Source: Candidatus Omnitrophota bacterium
GTDB taxonomy: Bacteria; Omnitrophota; Omnitrophia; Omnitrophales; Aquincolibacteriaceae
Direction: 5' to 3'
Assembly (NCBI GenBank): GCA_035352955.1
Contig: DAOPYQ010000001.1
Coordinates: 37,536 to 101,535 of the forward strand
Length of the DNA: 64,000 nt
Shown here: piece by piece, positions 8,751 through 17,407 of the stretch
How positions within the stretch are numbered: position 1 is the first letter of the stretch
Layout: every line of letters begins with the position of its first letter
Program-made: the position numbers and the translations under genes
The notes under the pieces: model-generated
The model's input: the letters and a program-made list of their open reading frames with translations, nothing else
Told to the model about the DNA's origin: nothing
Database searches by the model: none

Positions 8751-9884
8751 ATGATTAAATTTCTGGATCTTGAAAAAATTAATATGCAACATGCTGTGGA
8801 GTTCAAGCGAGCGGCTGCCGAAGTTATTGACTCTGGCGGGTATGTGCGAGGTGAAAGGGGTAGGCGCTTTGAAATTAACCTCGGAAATTTTATCGGCGTA
8901 ACGCATGCCGTTGGAGTTGCGAACGGCTTGGATGCCTTGCGTTTAATCCTAAGAGCTTATATCGATATGGGGAGCATGCGGGAAGGCGATGAAGTCATTG
9001 TGCCCGCCAATACCTTTATCGCTACGATTCTTGCCATCTCTGAAAGCAGGCTGAAGCCCGTTCTGGTGGAGCCAGATCTCAACACTTACAATCTTGACAT
9101 TTCCTTGATTGAGCGCTCCATTACCCGGAGGACTCGGGCCATTATGGTGGTGCATCTGTATGGGCAGGTGTGCTGGGACGAAAAGTTGAAAGATATCGCA
9201 AAAAAATACGATCTCAAACTTATCGAAGACAATGCCCAAGCCATAGGTTCGATATGGGGTGGTAAGCGGAGCGGCTCTTTGGGCGATGCGGCGGGAAACA
9301 GTTTCTACCCCACCAAGAATCTTGGCGCTCTTGGAGATGCAGGCGCTGTAACCACAAATGATGCCCTGCTTGCCGATCGGGTTAGAGCATTAGCCAACTA
9401 TGGCAGTGCAAAAAAGCATCTATGCGATTTTCAGGGATTTAACAGCCGTCTGGATGAAATTCAAGCCGCCTTTCTTGATATCAAACTTAAATATGTGGAT
9501 GCCGAAAACAAGCGCCGTCGCGAAATCGCGAAATTCTATTCTGAGAACATAGACCACCCTGAAATTATTTTACCTCATGGTAAGAATTCGTCGCTTTTCT
9601 CGTTGCCCTTCGCACTTTCGCACGTTTGGCATCTCTTTGTAATTAGAACCAAATATCGTAATAGACTTCAGAAACACCTTGAAGCGAATGGCATCCAGTC
9701 ATTAATCCATTACCCTGTCCCGCCGCACAAACAGCTTGCTTATAAAAAATGGAACACGAAGAAACTAAGGATTACTGAAAAAATACATAAAGAAGTGCTG
9801 AGTCTGCCGATGAGCCCCGTGATGGACGCTTCGGAGTGCGCGCGTGTTGTGAAAACGATAAACGATTATCAACGTCTCGGGTGA
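8751..9884 (+). CDS. DegT/DnrJ/EryC1-family sugar aminotransferase (FdtB/QdtB/WecE-like; dTDP-3-keto-6-deoxyhexose 3-aminotransferase candidate).
   Basis: Full-length 377 aa with …[18 protein letters not shown]… (PLP-Lys present) and typical N-terminal substrate-binding blocks. Confidence 0.8.
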   Translation: MIKFLDLEKINMQHAVEFKRAAAEVIDSGGYVRGERGRRFEINLGNFIGVTHAVGVANGLDALRLILRAYIDMGSMREGDEVIVPANTFIATILAISESRLKPVLVEPDLNTYNLDISLIERSITRRTRAIMVVHLYGQVCWDEKLKDIAKKYDLKLIEDNAQAIGSIWGGKRSGSLGDAAGNSFYPTKNLGALGDAGAVTTNDALLADRVRALANYGSAKKHLCDFQGFNSRLDEIQAAFLDIKLKYVDAENKRRREIAKFYSENIDHPEIILPHGKNSSLFSLPFALSHVWHLFVIRTKYRNRLQKHLEANGIQSLIHYPVPPHKQLAYKKWNTKKLRITEKIHKEVLSLPMSPVMDASECARVVKTINDYQRLG

Positions 9885-10008
9885 TACCAGCGAGGAGAAT
9901 TTCTTGCCCTTTTAAAAGCGTGCGGATCGGCTGAAAGGGGACTTCTTCGGGCTTTCGAAGTCAGCAATTCGTTTTAACTAAAAATTATTTGGAGCGGAGG
10001 CGACTGAT

Positions 10009-10587
10009 ATGAATAATTATTTCATTCATCCAAAAGCGGATGTGCAAACAAATGATATTGGAAATGGAACGAGAATATGGCAATTTAGCGTGATCTTGCC
10101 AGGAGTAAAAATTGGCTCAAATTGTAATATCTGCGCACATTCTTTTATCGAGCCCAATGTTACTATTGGAAATAATGTGAGTGTCCACATAGGAGCATCA
10201 GTTTCTTCCAGCGTTATTTTAGAGGATAATGTATACGTTGGCCCTGGTGTTAGGTTTACTAATGACCGGCATCCTCGAAAGGGGCAGCCTTGGGAACCGA
10301 TGGGGTCATTGGTGAAAATGGGTGCTTCAATTGGTTCTAACTCAGTCATTCTGCCGGGGATTACGATCGGTTGCAATGCTCTTATTGGTGCTGGAAGTAT
10401 TGTTACAAAAGACGTTAAAGACTACAGCTTGGTATTCGGCAACCGTGCAAAATTTAAGCATTGGATATGTTGTTGCACTAAAAGGCTTATTTTTAATTCA
10501 AAAGCCTCGGCTTTCTGTGCTTGTGGAAGACAGTATCTATTAACTTCTAAAAATACTGTTGAAGAAGTCATCCTACCTATGCCGTAG
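10009..10587 (+). CDS. Left-handed beta-helix (hexapeptide) N-acetyltransferase, FdtC/QdtC-like, with a Cys-rich C-terminal tail.
   Basis: Hexapeptide repeats (IGNGTRIW…IGSNCNI…IGNNVSV…IGSNSVI…IGCNALIGAGSIV). C-terminal …HWICCCTKRL…FCACGRQ. Confidence 0.7.
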   Translation: MNNYFIHPKADVQTNDIGNGTRIWQFSVILPGVKIGSNCNICAHSFIEPNVTIGNNVSVHIGASVSSSVILEDNVYVGPGVRFTNDRHPRKGQPWEPMGSLVKMGASIGSNSVILPGITIGCNALIGAGSIVTKDVKDYSLVFGNRAKFKHWICCCTKRLIFNSKASAFCACGRQYLLTSKNTVEEVILPMP

Positions 10588-10704
10588 TGGCGATAGAGCT
10601 CGAGAACTTGGTTCGTTGGAGGCGTCGTTCCGGGATGCTGAAGCGGCAAAGAACGTGTGATTCGCCATGATTAAATGTTTGTCTAAAATAATGGGTGATT
10701 AAAT

Positions 10705-11145
10705 ATGCAAAAGGACAAAACGGCTGGGGCTGTTTCTATGTCGCCGGAGTTGATTAACCTTCCTAGAGTCGAAAACCCTCGGGGGAATCTTGCTATCATC
10801 GAGGAAGAGAAACACATCCCTTTTAAAATCGAGCGTGTGTATTGGGTCTACGATGTTCCCGGAGGTGAGGCGAGGGAAGGGTATGCTCTTAAAGAACAGC
10901 AGGAACTTATTGTGGCTCTTTCGGGGAGTTTCGATGTGTTAGTGTCCGATGGCAAGGTAAAACGATTCTTTACGCTCAATCGTTCCTACCAGGGACTTTT
11001 CCTGCCCGCTTCTTTGTGGCGACAAATGCGGAATTTTTCAACAAATTCGTTAGCGTTGGTGCTTTGCTCGTCCCGTTATGATCCGGAGGATTATATCCGT
11101 GATTATCAGCTATTTCTCAATTACCTAGGTCATCATGAAAAATAG
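10705..11145 (+). CDS. FdtA/QdtA-like cupin (dTDP-4-keto-6-deoxyhexose 3,4-ketoisomerase fold) lacking the catalytic His-x-His. Probable inactive or divergent paralog.
   Basis: …NPRGNLAIIEEEKHIPFKIERVYWVYDVPGGEAREGYALKEQ… aligns to FdtA, but the RGxHAH block is REGYALK. Confidence 0.6.
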   Translation: MQKDKTAGAVSMSPELINLPRVENPRGNLAIIEEEKHIPFKIERVYWVYDVPGGEAREGYALKEQQELIVALSGSFDVLVSDGKVKRFFTLNRSYQGLFLPASLWRQMRNFSTNSLALVLCSSRYDPEDYIRDYQLFLNYLGHHEK

Positions 11146-11545
11146 TATGCGCGACTGCCGGTTGCTTCCTCTTGGAAAAATTAATAATAGTATTGGGAAT
11201 ATGACTGTCGTTGAAGACGTTGGGAGTCTTCCTTTCAAGGTGAAGAGAGTTTATTATCTTTGTGATGTTCCCAGTGGTGAAAAACGAGGGGGGCATGCTC
11301 ATCGTGAACTCAGTCAATTGATAATCGCTGCCGCCGGATCGTTCGAGGTGCTTTTGGATGATGGGAAGCATCAGGAGACCGTCGTGCTGAGCCGGCCGGA
11401 TTATGGATTGTTGATCGTACCCGGCATATGGCGAGAATTGATGCGATTCTCTTCGGGGGCCATTTGTCTGGTGCTTGCTTCGATGGTCTATGATGAAACT
11501 GACTATATTAGAGATTATAAAAAATTCATAGAATCAAAAGCATGA
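11135..11545 (+). CDS. dTDP-4-dehydro-6-deoxyhexose 3,4-ketoisomerase (FdtA/QdtA family).
   Basis: …GSLPFKVKRVYYLCDVPSGEKRGGHAHRELSQ… with the His-Ala-His catalytic pair and …YDETDYIRDYKKF… C-terminal block. Overlaps the upstream paralog by 11 nt. Confidence 0.75.
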   Translation: MKNSMRDCRLLPLGKINNSIGNMTVVEDVGSLPFKVKRVYYLCDVPSGEKRGGHAHRELSQLIIAAAGSFEVLLDDGKHQETVVLSRPDYGLLIVPGIWRELMRFSSGAICLVLASMVYDETDYIRDYKKFIESKA

Positions 11546-11680
11546 TTTTTCGTCGTTGGGATCTAAAATACGGCTGCTTTTTTCGCTCTTTATCTTCGCG
11601 AAAGAGCAAGCTGGTTTCGCAACACGTTTGTGAGCTCTAGCGTTCGGTTTTTTAAAAAAGATTGTGGAAAAAAAGAAAAT

Positions 11681-12667
11681 ATGGAAAAACCGCTTATTAC
11701 TTTTGCCCTGATGGGATATCAGCAAGAGCTGTTTATTCGCAAAGCGATCGAAGGCGCGTTCTCGCAGACCTACGAGCCTCTTGAGATTATTCTCTCGGAC
11801 GATTGTTCGCAGGATCATACTTATGGCGTTATGCAGGAAATGGCGGAGGCCTATAAGGGATCGCATAAGGTGATCTTGAATCGCAATGAAAGAAACCTTG
11901 GTATTGGGGGCCATCTCAATCAGATTGCGAAGTTGATGGGCGGGAAATGGATCGTGACAGCCGCCGGTGATGATATCTCATTGCCGGAGCGTGTGGAAGA
12001 ATCTTATCGGGTTATTTCGGAATGTGGGGAGCTAGGCGGAGTTTTTGGGCGATTTTGTAATTTTCGAGGTGATTTTTTTGATAACGGGGATTGGGAACCC
12101 GCTCATGCGTCGAATATGAGAATTGTTCGATGTGCTCATTCCGGGCGATCCGATTTACTGGAGATAGGGGATATCTTTGATATTCAAGGGTGTGTTGCTA
12201 TGTGGAATAAGAAATTATTTGATCAGTTCGGCCTTCTTCCCATTGGAGTGCTTGCGGAAGATGCTGTTTTGGGAGGACGGGCATTGTTTTCTGGCCTGGG
12301 GATAGGGTTTACTTCTTCCCGCATGGTGTTGCGCAGGATACATGAGACAAATGTTTGCGCTGGAAAAAAAATTTCGGTAGCTTCTCGCGATATTTTTTAT
12401 TCGAGGGCTGTAGTCCATCATGAGTTGTTGGATTTTAGGAGGAGGAATCCGAATCTGTATTCAGCAGAGGATTGGCGTCGCATGGTAGGCGTCTTTGAGA
12501 CGGCGCTTTTTATATTGATTGTTGCTGTCCGCAAGGATGGATTGGGTTGGGTTCGTAGCGTTCTGGTTTTTATGATGGGATTTAAGTTAGGAGAGCCGTG
12601 GTCCGCCGTTCGATTTTTGAAAGCGATGTGTCGAAAATTTTTTATTGGACAGAGGTCTGGGAAATAA
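11681..12667 (+). CDS. GT2-family (GT-A fold) glycosyltransferase.
   Basis: …ITFALMGYQQELFIRKAIEGAFSQTYEPLEIILSDDCSQDH… N-terminal GT-A block. Start chosen at the internal Met (MEKPLITF) after an RBS-like A-rich region. Confidence 0.65.
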   Translation: MEKPLITFALMGYQQELFIRKAIEGAFSQTYEPLEIILSDDCSQDHTYGVMQEMAEAYKGSHKVILNRNERNLGIGGHLNQIAKLMGGKWIVTAAGDDISLPERVEESYRVISECGELGGVFGRFCNFRGDFFDNGDWEPAHASNMRIVRCAHSGRSDLLEIGDIFDIQGCVAMWNKKLFDQFGLLPIGVLAEDAVLGGRALFSGLGIGFTSSRMVLRRIHETNVCAGKKISVASRDIFYSRAVVHHELLDFRRRNPNLYSAEDWRRMVGVFETALFILIVAVRKDGLGWVRSVLVFMMGFKLGEPWSAVRFLKAMCRKFFIGQRSGK

Positions 12668-14987
12668 CGGGAGATGTATTCATTTGGTTACCTTAACGAA
12701 AAAAAATAGCGTAGCTGAACTAGGGGATGAGAGGAAGTGTGGGCGCGACATTCTTCGTTATGAGTGGCACCTCTGCTTGTTTTTTTCTATAGTCGCTTTT
12801 TTTATTGCGAGTCTCTTGATGACGGGGTGGCCTTTAGGAATTTTGCCTGATGTCCGTTATCCGTACCTCTATAAGGGAGAAGGAGTGGCCGTTTTGGCCC
12901 TTATTCAGAGAATGATGGAAGGGGCTTGGATTTTCTTTAATAACCGCATAGGATTTCCATTTGGGGGCAATTCTCTCGATTTTCCCATACCGGATACCGG
13001 TAGTCTGTTTATTCTTAAAACCCTCGGAAGGCTCTTGGGATCTTCCCAAGCGGCAATGAATTTATTTTTTTTAATCAGCTTTCCAGTTACATTTGTATGC
13101 AGTTATGTGTTTTTACGCATTGTGGGTCTTTGCCGTTCTTTTGCGACGGCGGCGGGGTTTTTATTTGTATTTCTGCCCTTTCATTTTCAGCGAATCGTTC
13201 ATCTTTTCTATACATGGTACTTTGTAATACCCATTTATTTTTATTTTGGATTCTACCTTTTTTGTGGGCGAAAATTATGCTCGCAGCGAGTCAAGTTTAG
13301 TTTTAAAACACTTGGAAACGCTGTTGTTTTGTTGATTTTGACATTGTTTGGGGTTTACTACTCTTTTTTCGGATGTTTGATTTTGTTTGTAAGTGCTGTT
13401 GCTGGAGCCATAGCAAACAAATCGCGACGATGTCTTATTTTGGGATTCGTCGCTATCGCCATCATCTTTCTCGGCGTTCTGGCAAATGTGACGCCCTTTC
13501 TCCTCCATAGGTTTGCGGCAGGCGATAATGTCGAGGCGGTACAACGAACCGTTGGCGAGTCAGAGATATACGGTCTCAAGCTCGTTCAAATGCTCTTGCC
13601 CCATTCGGAACATCGCGTTGGGTGTTTGAACAAGATAACCAAGAACTATCGGATTGGTTTTCCTCTCGTGAACGAAAATGAAATGGCGGCGCTTGGTGTT
13701 TTTGGGGCGATTGGTTTTTTGTCCTTATTGTGCCTAGCGTTTGTTTCCATCTGCGGAGTACCGGTCGATTCTCGTCTTGCTTTCTTCAGCATCACCTCTA
13801 TTTGCTTGTTTTTTCTAGCGACAATAGGGGGAGGCGCATCTCTGTTTGCCATGGTGGTCTCTCCTCTGCTGCGTGGATGGAATCGCGTTAGTGTTTTTAT
13901 TGGCTTTGGGGCCATTGCGAGCTTGTTTCTGATTATTCAGCTCAGTCTGAATCGGTTTTTTGAGGAGAAACAAGTGAAGAAAATGATATTGCCTATTGCA
14001 ATTGGATTATGCGCTTTGGGTCTGTGGGATCAGACTCGCCCTGCGCCCATTTTGGCTAACGATTTGATTCGAAAGTCTTTTGAAAGTGATTCCTCCTTCA
14101 TTAAAAGTATTGAAATGATGGTTCCGCCAAATTCGGCGATTTATCAACTGCCGTATATGGCCTCCCCAGAGGTTCCTGATATGAATCAGCTGAATAGCTT
14201 CGATTTGTTTATCGGGTTTTTGCATTCGAAACAGCTGCATTGGAGTTATGGTGGTATAAAGGGGCGTGTCGGCGATCTTTTTTTTCGTGCTCTAGCGCAA
14301 CAGCCGATGCGAAAACAAGTTGAGGTGATTACAAGGTTAGGATTTGCCGGTATTTATATTGACCGTCGAGGGTTCGCCGATCATGGACGAGGGCTGGAGG
14401 AGCAGTTACGGGAGATCTTTGGTGAGGGCTCGCAGTTGCAGAGCGTTGATGGTAACCTGGCCTTTATTAAATTGCCGCATCTTGAAAAGCCTTTGGCCGA
14501 AGGGGTGAGTCCGCAGGAGGTTATGAGGAGAGCGGGTTTTTGGGTGGACTTCAATGGTAAACGTTATCCAGCATCTTTGGCAGAAGGGATCGATTTCCGG
14601 CAGAAAAGTTTTCCTGCCTATGTTAAAGAAGTCAAGGGGATGTCGGACGCTGAACCGTGGGGGTGCTGGTCGGACGCTGATCGAGGCGAGTCCGTTGAAA
14701 TAATATTTTTCAAACCGTTACCGCCTGTTTTTATTCTGAAACTTCGAGCGCGGGCATTTGGTCCCAACGCTGGCGCAACTGTTAAAGTACAAGTTGGCGA
14801 TTTCGTTGAGAATGTTATTCTTCAGGAAGGCTTCGAAGAGAAGCAAGTCAGCGTGGCGACGAAGAAGCTTGCATCCAAAATTAAGATTTCACCACCGTTC
14901 CCCCAAAGTCCACTTGCTCTGGGAATGAATTATGATCGCAGAAGGCTTGGGATTGGTTTGGAACGTATTCGAATTGAGGAGCCATAG
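12645..14987 (+). CDS. Polytopic membrane protein with a C-terminal periplasmic domain. GT-C-fold glycosyltransferase candidate (GtrC-like/STT3-like partner of the adjacent polyprenyl-P GT).
   Basis: ~12 predicted TM helices in the first ~520 aa, then a ~260-aa soluble domain. The first loop reads 'PDVRYPYLY'. A 'LHWSYGGIKGR' block follows the TM domain. The gene sits immediately upstream of a GtrB-like gene. The exact start is uncertain. Confidence 0.4.
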   Translation: MDRGLGNNGRCIHLVTLTKKNSVAELGDERKCGRDILRYEWHLCLFFSIVAFFIASLLMTGWPLGILPDVRYPYLYKGEGVAVLALIQRMMEGAWIFFNNRIGFPFGGNSLDFPIPDTGSLFILKTLGRLLGSSQAAMNLFFLISFPVTFVCSYVFLRIVGLCRSFATAAGFLFVFLPFHFQRIVHLFYTWYFVIPIYFYFGFYLFCGRKLCSQRVKFSFKTLGNAVVLLILTLFGVYYSFFGCLILFVSAVAGAIANKSRRCLILGFVAIAIIFLGVLANVTPFLLHRFAAGDNVEAVQRTVGESEIYGLKLVQMLLPHSEHRVGCLNKITKNYRIGFPLVNENEMAALGVFGAIGFLSLLCLAFVSICGVPVDSRLAFFSITSICLFFLATIGGGASLFAMVVSPLLRGWNRVSVFIGFGAIASLFLIIQLSLNRFFEEKQVKKMILPIAIGLCALGLWDQTRPAPILANDLIRKSFESDSSFIKSIEMMVPPNSAIYQLPYMASPEVPDMNQLNSFDLFIGFLHSKQLHWSYGGIKGRVGDLFFRALAQQPMRKQVEVITRLGFAGIYIDRRGFADHGRGLEEQLREIFGEGSQLQSVDGNLAFIKLPHLEKPLAEGVSPQEVMRRAGFWVDFNGKRYPASLAEGIDFRQKSFPAYVKEVKGMSDAEPWGCWSDADRGESVEIIFFKPLPPVFILKLRARAFGPNAGATVKVQVGDFVENVILQEGFEEKQVSVATKKLASKIKISPPFPQSPLALGMNYDRRRLGIGLERIRIEEP

Positions 14988-14999
14988 GAGAGAGGGAGT

Positions 15000-15998
15000 A
15001 TGGGAAGTGTAAGATTTTTATCAATCGTAGTACCCGTTTATTGCGAACAAGAAGTAATCAATGAATTCTATATCAGATTAAAGAGCGTGCTGGATCAGCT
15101 TGGGGCCAGTGTCAAATATGAAGTTATTTTTGTAAACGATTGTAGCCGTGATGATTCGATAGCGTTGTTGAAGGCGCTAAATAAAAAGGATGCTTCTGTA
15201 AAGGTCATTAGTCTCGCTAGAAATTTTGGTCACCAGATAGCGATTACCGTCGGGATAGATTATGCGAAAGGCGATGCCGTTGTTGTGATGGATGGGGACT
15301 TACAAGACCCTCCCGAGGTTATTCCTGACATGTTTAATAAATGGATAGAGGGATATAAAGTTGTTTATGGCGTTAGGAGAGAACGACGGGGAGAGGGTCT
15401 GATGAAGGTGAACGTGGCCAAGATGTTTTATAGGTTCTTAAATTTGATGAGTACGATCAAGATTCCTACGGATGTGGGCGACTTTCGTTTAATGGACAGG
15501 GTTGTCGTCAATACGCTTAAGACGATGAGAGAAGAAAACAGGTATGTGCGCGGACTCGTGGCTTGGGTTGGGTTCTCGCAGACGGGAGTCTATTTTGATC
15601 GTGACCCCAGATATGCTGGGAAGGCAAAATATACATTATCGAAATTGACAAGGTTGGCCATGAGCGGCATTACGAGTTTCTCCGAGAAGCCGCTTTATTT
15701 CTCGAGCTATTTGGGGCTGGTTGTCACCTTGCTTTCATTTGCAGGTTCGCTGTGGATCATTATCGGTAAAATGATGAATCAAGCTCTTGTTATCCAAGGC
15801 TGGACGACGATCATGTTGGCAATATTTTTCTTCGGGGGGGTACAACTATTTTCAATGGGGATTATTGGCCAATATATTGCAAAAATTTATAACGAAGTAA
15901 AGCGCCGCCCTCTTTATGTTATCCAGGAAAAAATCGGCATTGAAGAACAAAACCTTTTGCAAGATGCTGAACGCTTGAGAGAGCAGGGTGCATCCTAA
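15000..15998 (+). CDS. Polyprenyl-phosphate hexosyltransferase, GT2 (GtrB/ArnC/DPM1-like).
   Basis: …SIVVPVYCEQEV…VIFVNDCSRDDS…VVVMDGDLQDPPEVIP… catalytic domain plus two C-terminal TM helices. Confidence 0.8.
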   Translation: MGSVRFLSIVVPVYCEQEVINEFYIRLKSVLDQLGASVKYEVIFVNDCSRDDSIALLKALNKKDASVKVISLARNFGHQIAITVGIDYAKGDAVVVMDGDLQDPPEVIPDMFNKWIEGYKVVYGVRRERRGEGLMKVNVAKMFYRFLNLMSTIKIPTDVGDFRLMDRVVVNTLKTMREENRYVRGLVAWVGFSQTGVYFDRDPRYAGKAKYTLSKLTRLAMSGITSFSEKPLYFSSYLGLVVTLLSFAGSLWIIIGKMMNQALVIQGWTTIMLAIFFFGGVQLFSMGIIGQYIAKIYNEVKRRPLYVIQEKIGIEEQNLLQDAERLREQGAS

Positions 15999-16370
15999 GA
16001 GTTGTAAGGGCTTGAAACGGGTTCGTCCTATGTGATTGGAACTTATATCGACAATTCTCAGATAATTATCTATGAAAGTACAAAATTAATTCAAGTCATT
16101 CATGTTATCCTGCAAGTTCCTGTATGATGTTCCTAATTATCCAGACATCAGCATTGCCTACATTGCCGGCTATCTAGTCCGCCTGGGCCTGGTCCCTTCG
16201 GAAAGGCGGCAGACCGCCTCTCTCCCGCGCTCGAAATTTTGCCTCAAGAGTGTGCCATAATACGGCCTGTTTTATGGGGTCCGATGTAAAAGAGGGGCAT
16301 ATCCTGAGAGCAGAGGAGGTCCCAGGGGCGCCGGGCAAGCAGTGTATTTTAAAAAACGAATAGGGATGGC

Positions 16371-17351
16371 ATGCGGAGCATTATGAAAAAAAGACTGCTG
16401 CTTTTGTCGATCGTTATCGTTCTGATCCTGTGCGAAATGTGGTTTCGCGTTTCCTATATTCAAGAACAAGATCGATTGCGTTTAAAGTATGAGGGGAGAT
16501 CGCTGTGCCTTGAAAGTGACGAGGCTTTGATCTATACGGCGATCCCGGGGCGTTGTGGTGCGAATTCGCAAGGTTATTTTGACGCCGAACACTCTTTTGT
16601 GAAGCCGAAGGATGTTTTCAGGATCGTTATTATCGGAGATTCCATCGCCCAGGGGCAGGGAGTGGGACGGGAGGAATCTTTTGGCCGGGTCCTGGAAAAA
16701 AAGCTGAATGCCGTGCAGAATAAAAAAAAGGTCGAAGTGATCATCCTGGCCCTGACGGGTTATTCGACGAGCCAGGAACTGATCGTGCTGCGGGAGCAGG
16801 CGTTCCGGTATGATCCGGACATGATCCTCTGGAGTTATGTCTTGAATGATCCGGCCCATCCCTTTTTTCACGATGCGAATGGCGAATTAGGCCGGTATTT
16901 TTATAAGCCGCGAAGCTACCTGCTGCATTATATTTTTGCCCGGTTTTTCAATGCCCGAGAACGGATGAGAGGGAGATCCCTTCCTCCGGAGGCGAGGGAG
17001 TTCCATGTTTTTTTAAATACGGTTTATTGGGACGAGGTTAAGGCGAATCTCGGGACGATAGGTAAAGTTTCAAAAAAGAAAAAAATACCCGTTCTGTTTG
17101 TCATCCATCCCGTGTTCAAGAAAGACGGAATGTTCGATCGGTATCCGTTGACTGCAGTCCACGAAAAATTGAAAGAGTATGTTCTTCTCCAGGGGTTGCG
17201 GCCGCTTGATCTGCTAGAGACCTATCAAGGCTACCGCTCCGAACAACTCAATCTGAGTTCCGAGGATCCCTGGCATCCAAACGCGAAGGGGCACGAAGTG
17301 GCCGCGGAGGCTATTTCTGAGGCTGTCCTGAAGGGCGATTATATAAAATGA
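16371..17351 (+). CDS. SGNH/GDSL-family hydrolase. Near-identical paralog (second copy) of 7279-8247.
   Basis: >95% aa identity to the first copy from 'YIQEQDRLRLKYEGRS…' to the stop. The signal peptide region is diverged. The same GDSIAQGQG and DPWHPNAKGH blocks are present. Confidence 0.7.
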   Translation: MRSIMKKRLLLLSIVIVLILCEMWFRVSYIQEQDRLRLKYEGRSLCLESDEALIYTAIPGRCGANSQGYFDAEHSFVKPKDVFRIVIIGDSIAQGQGVGREESFGRVLEKKLNAVQNKKKVEVIILALTGYSTSQELIVLREQAFRYDPDMILWSYVLNDPAHPFFHDANGELGRYFYKPRSYLLHYIFARFFNARERMRGRSLPPEAREFHVFLNTVYWDEVKANLGTIGKVSKKKKIPVLFVIHPVFKKDGMFDRYPLTAVHEKLKEYVLLQGLRPLDLLETYQGYRSEQLNLSSEDPWHPNAKGHEVAAEAISEAVLKGDYIK

Positions 17352-17407
17352 TCTATCGGCGATCGTAAGAGCCCGGGCCCCTTCCGGAGCGGAAAAGTCC
17401 TAACATT

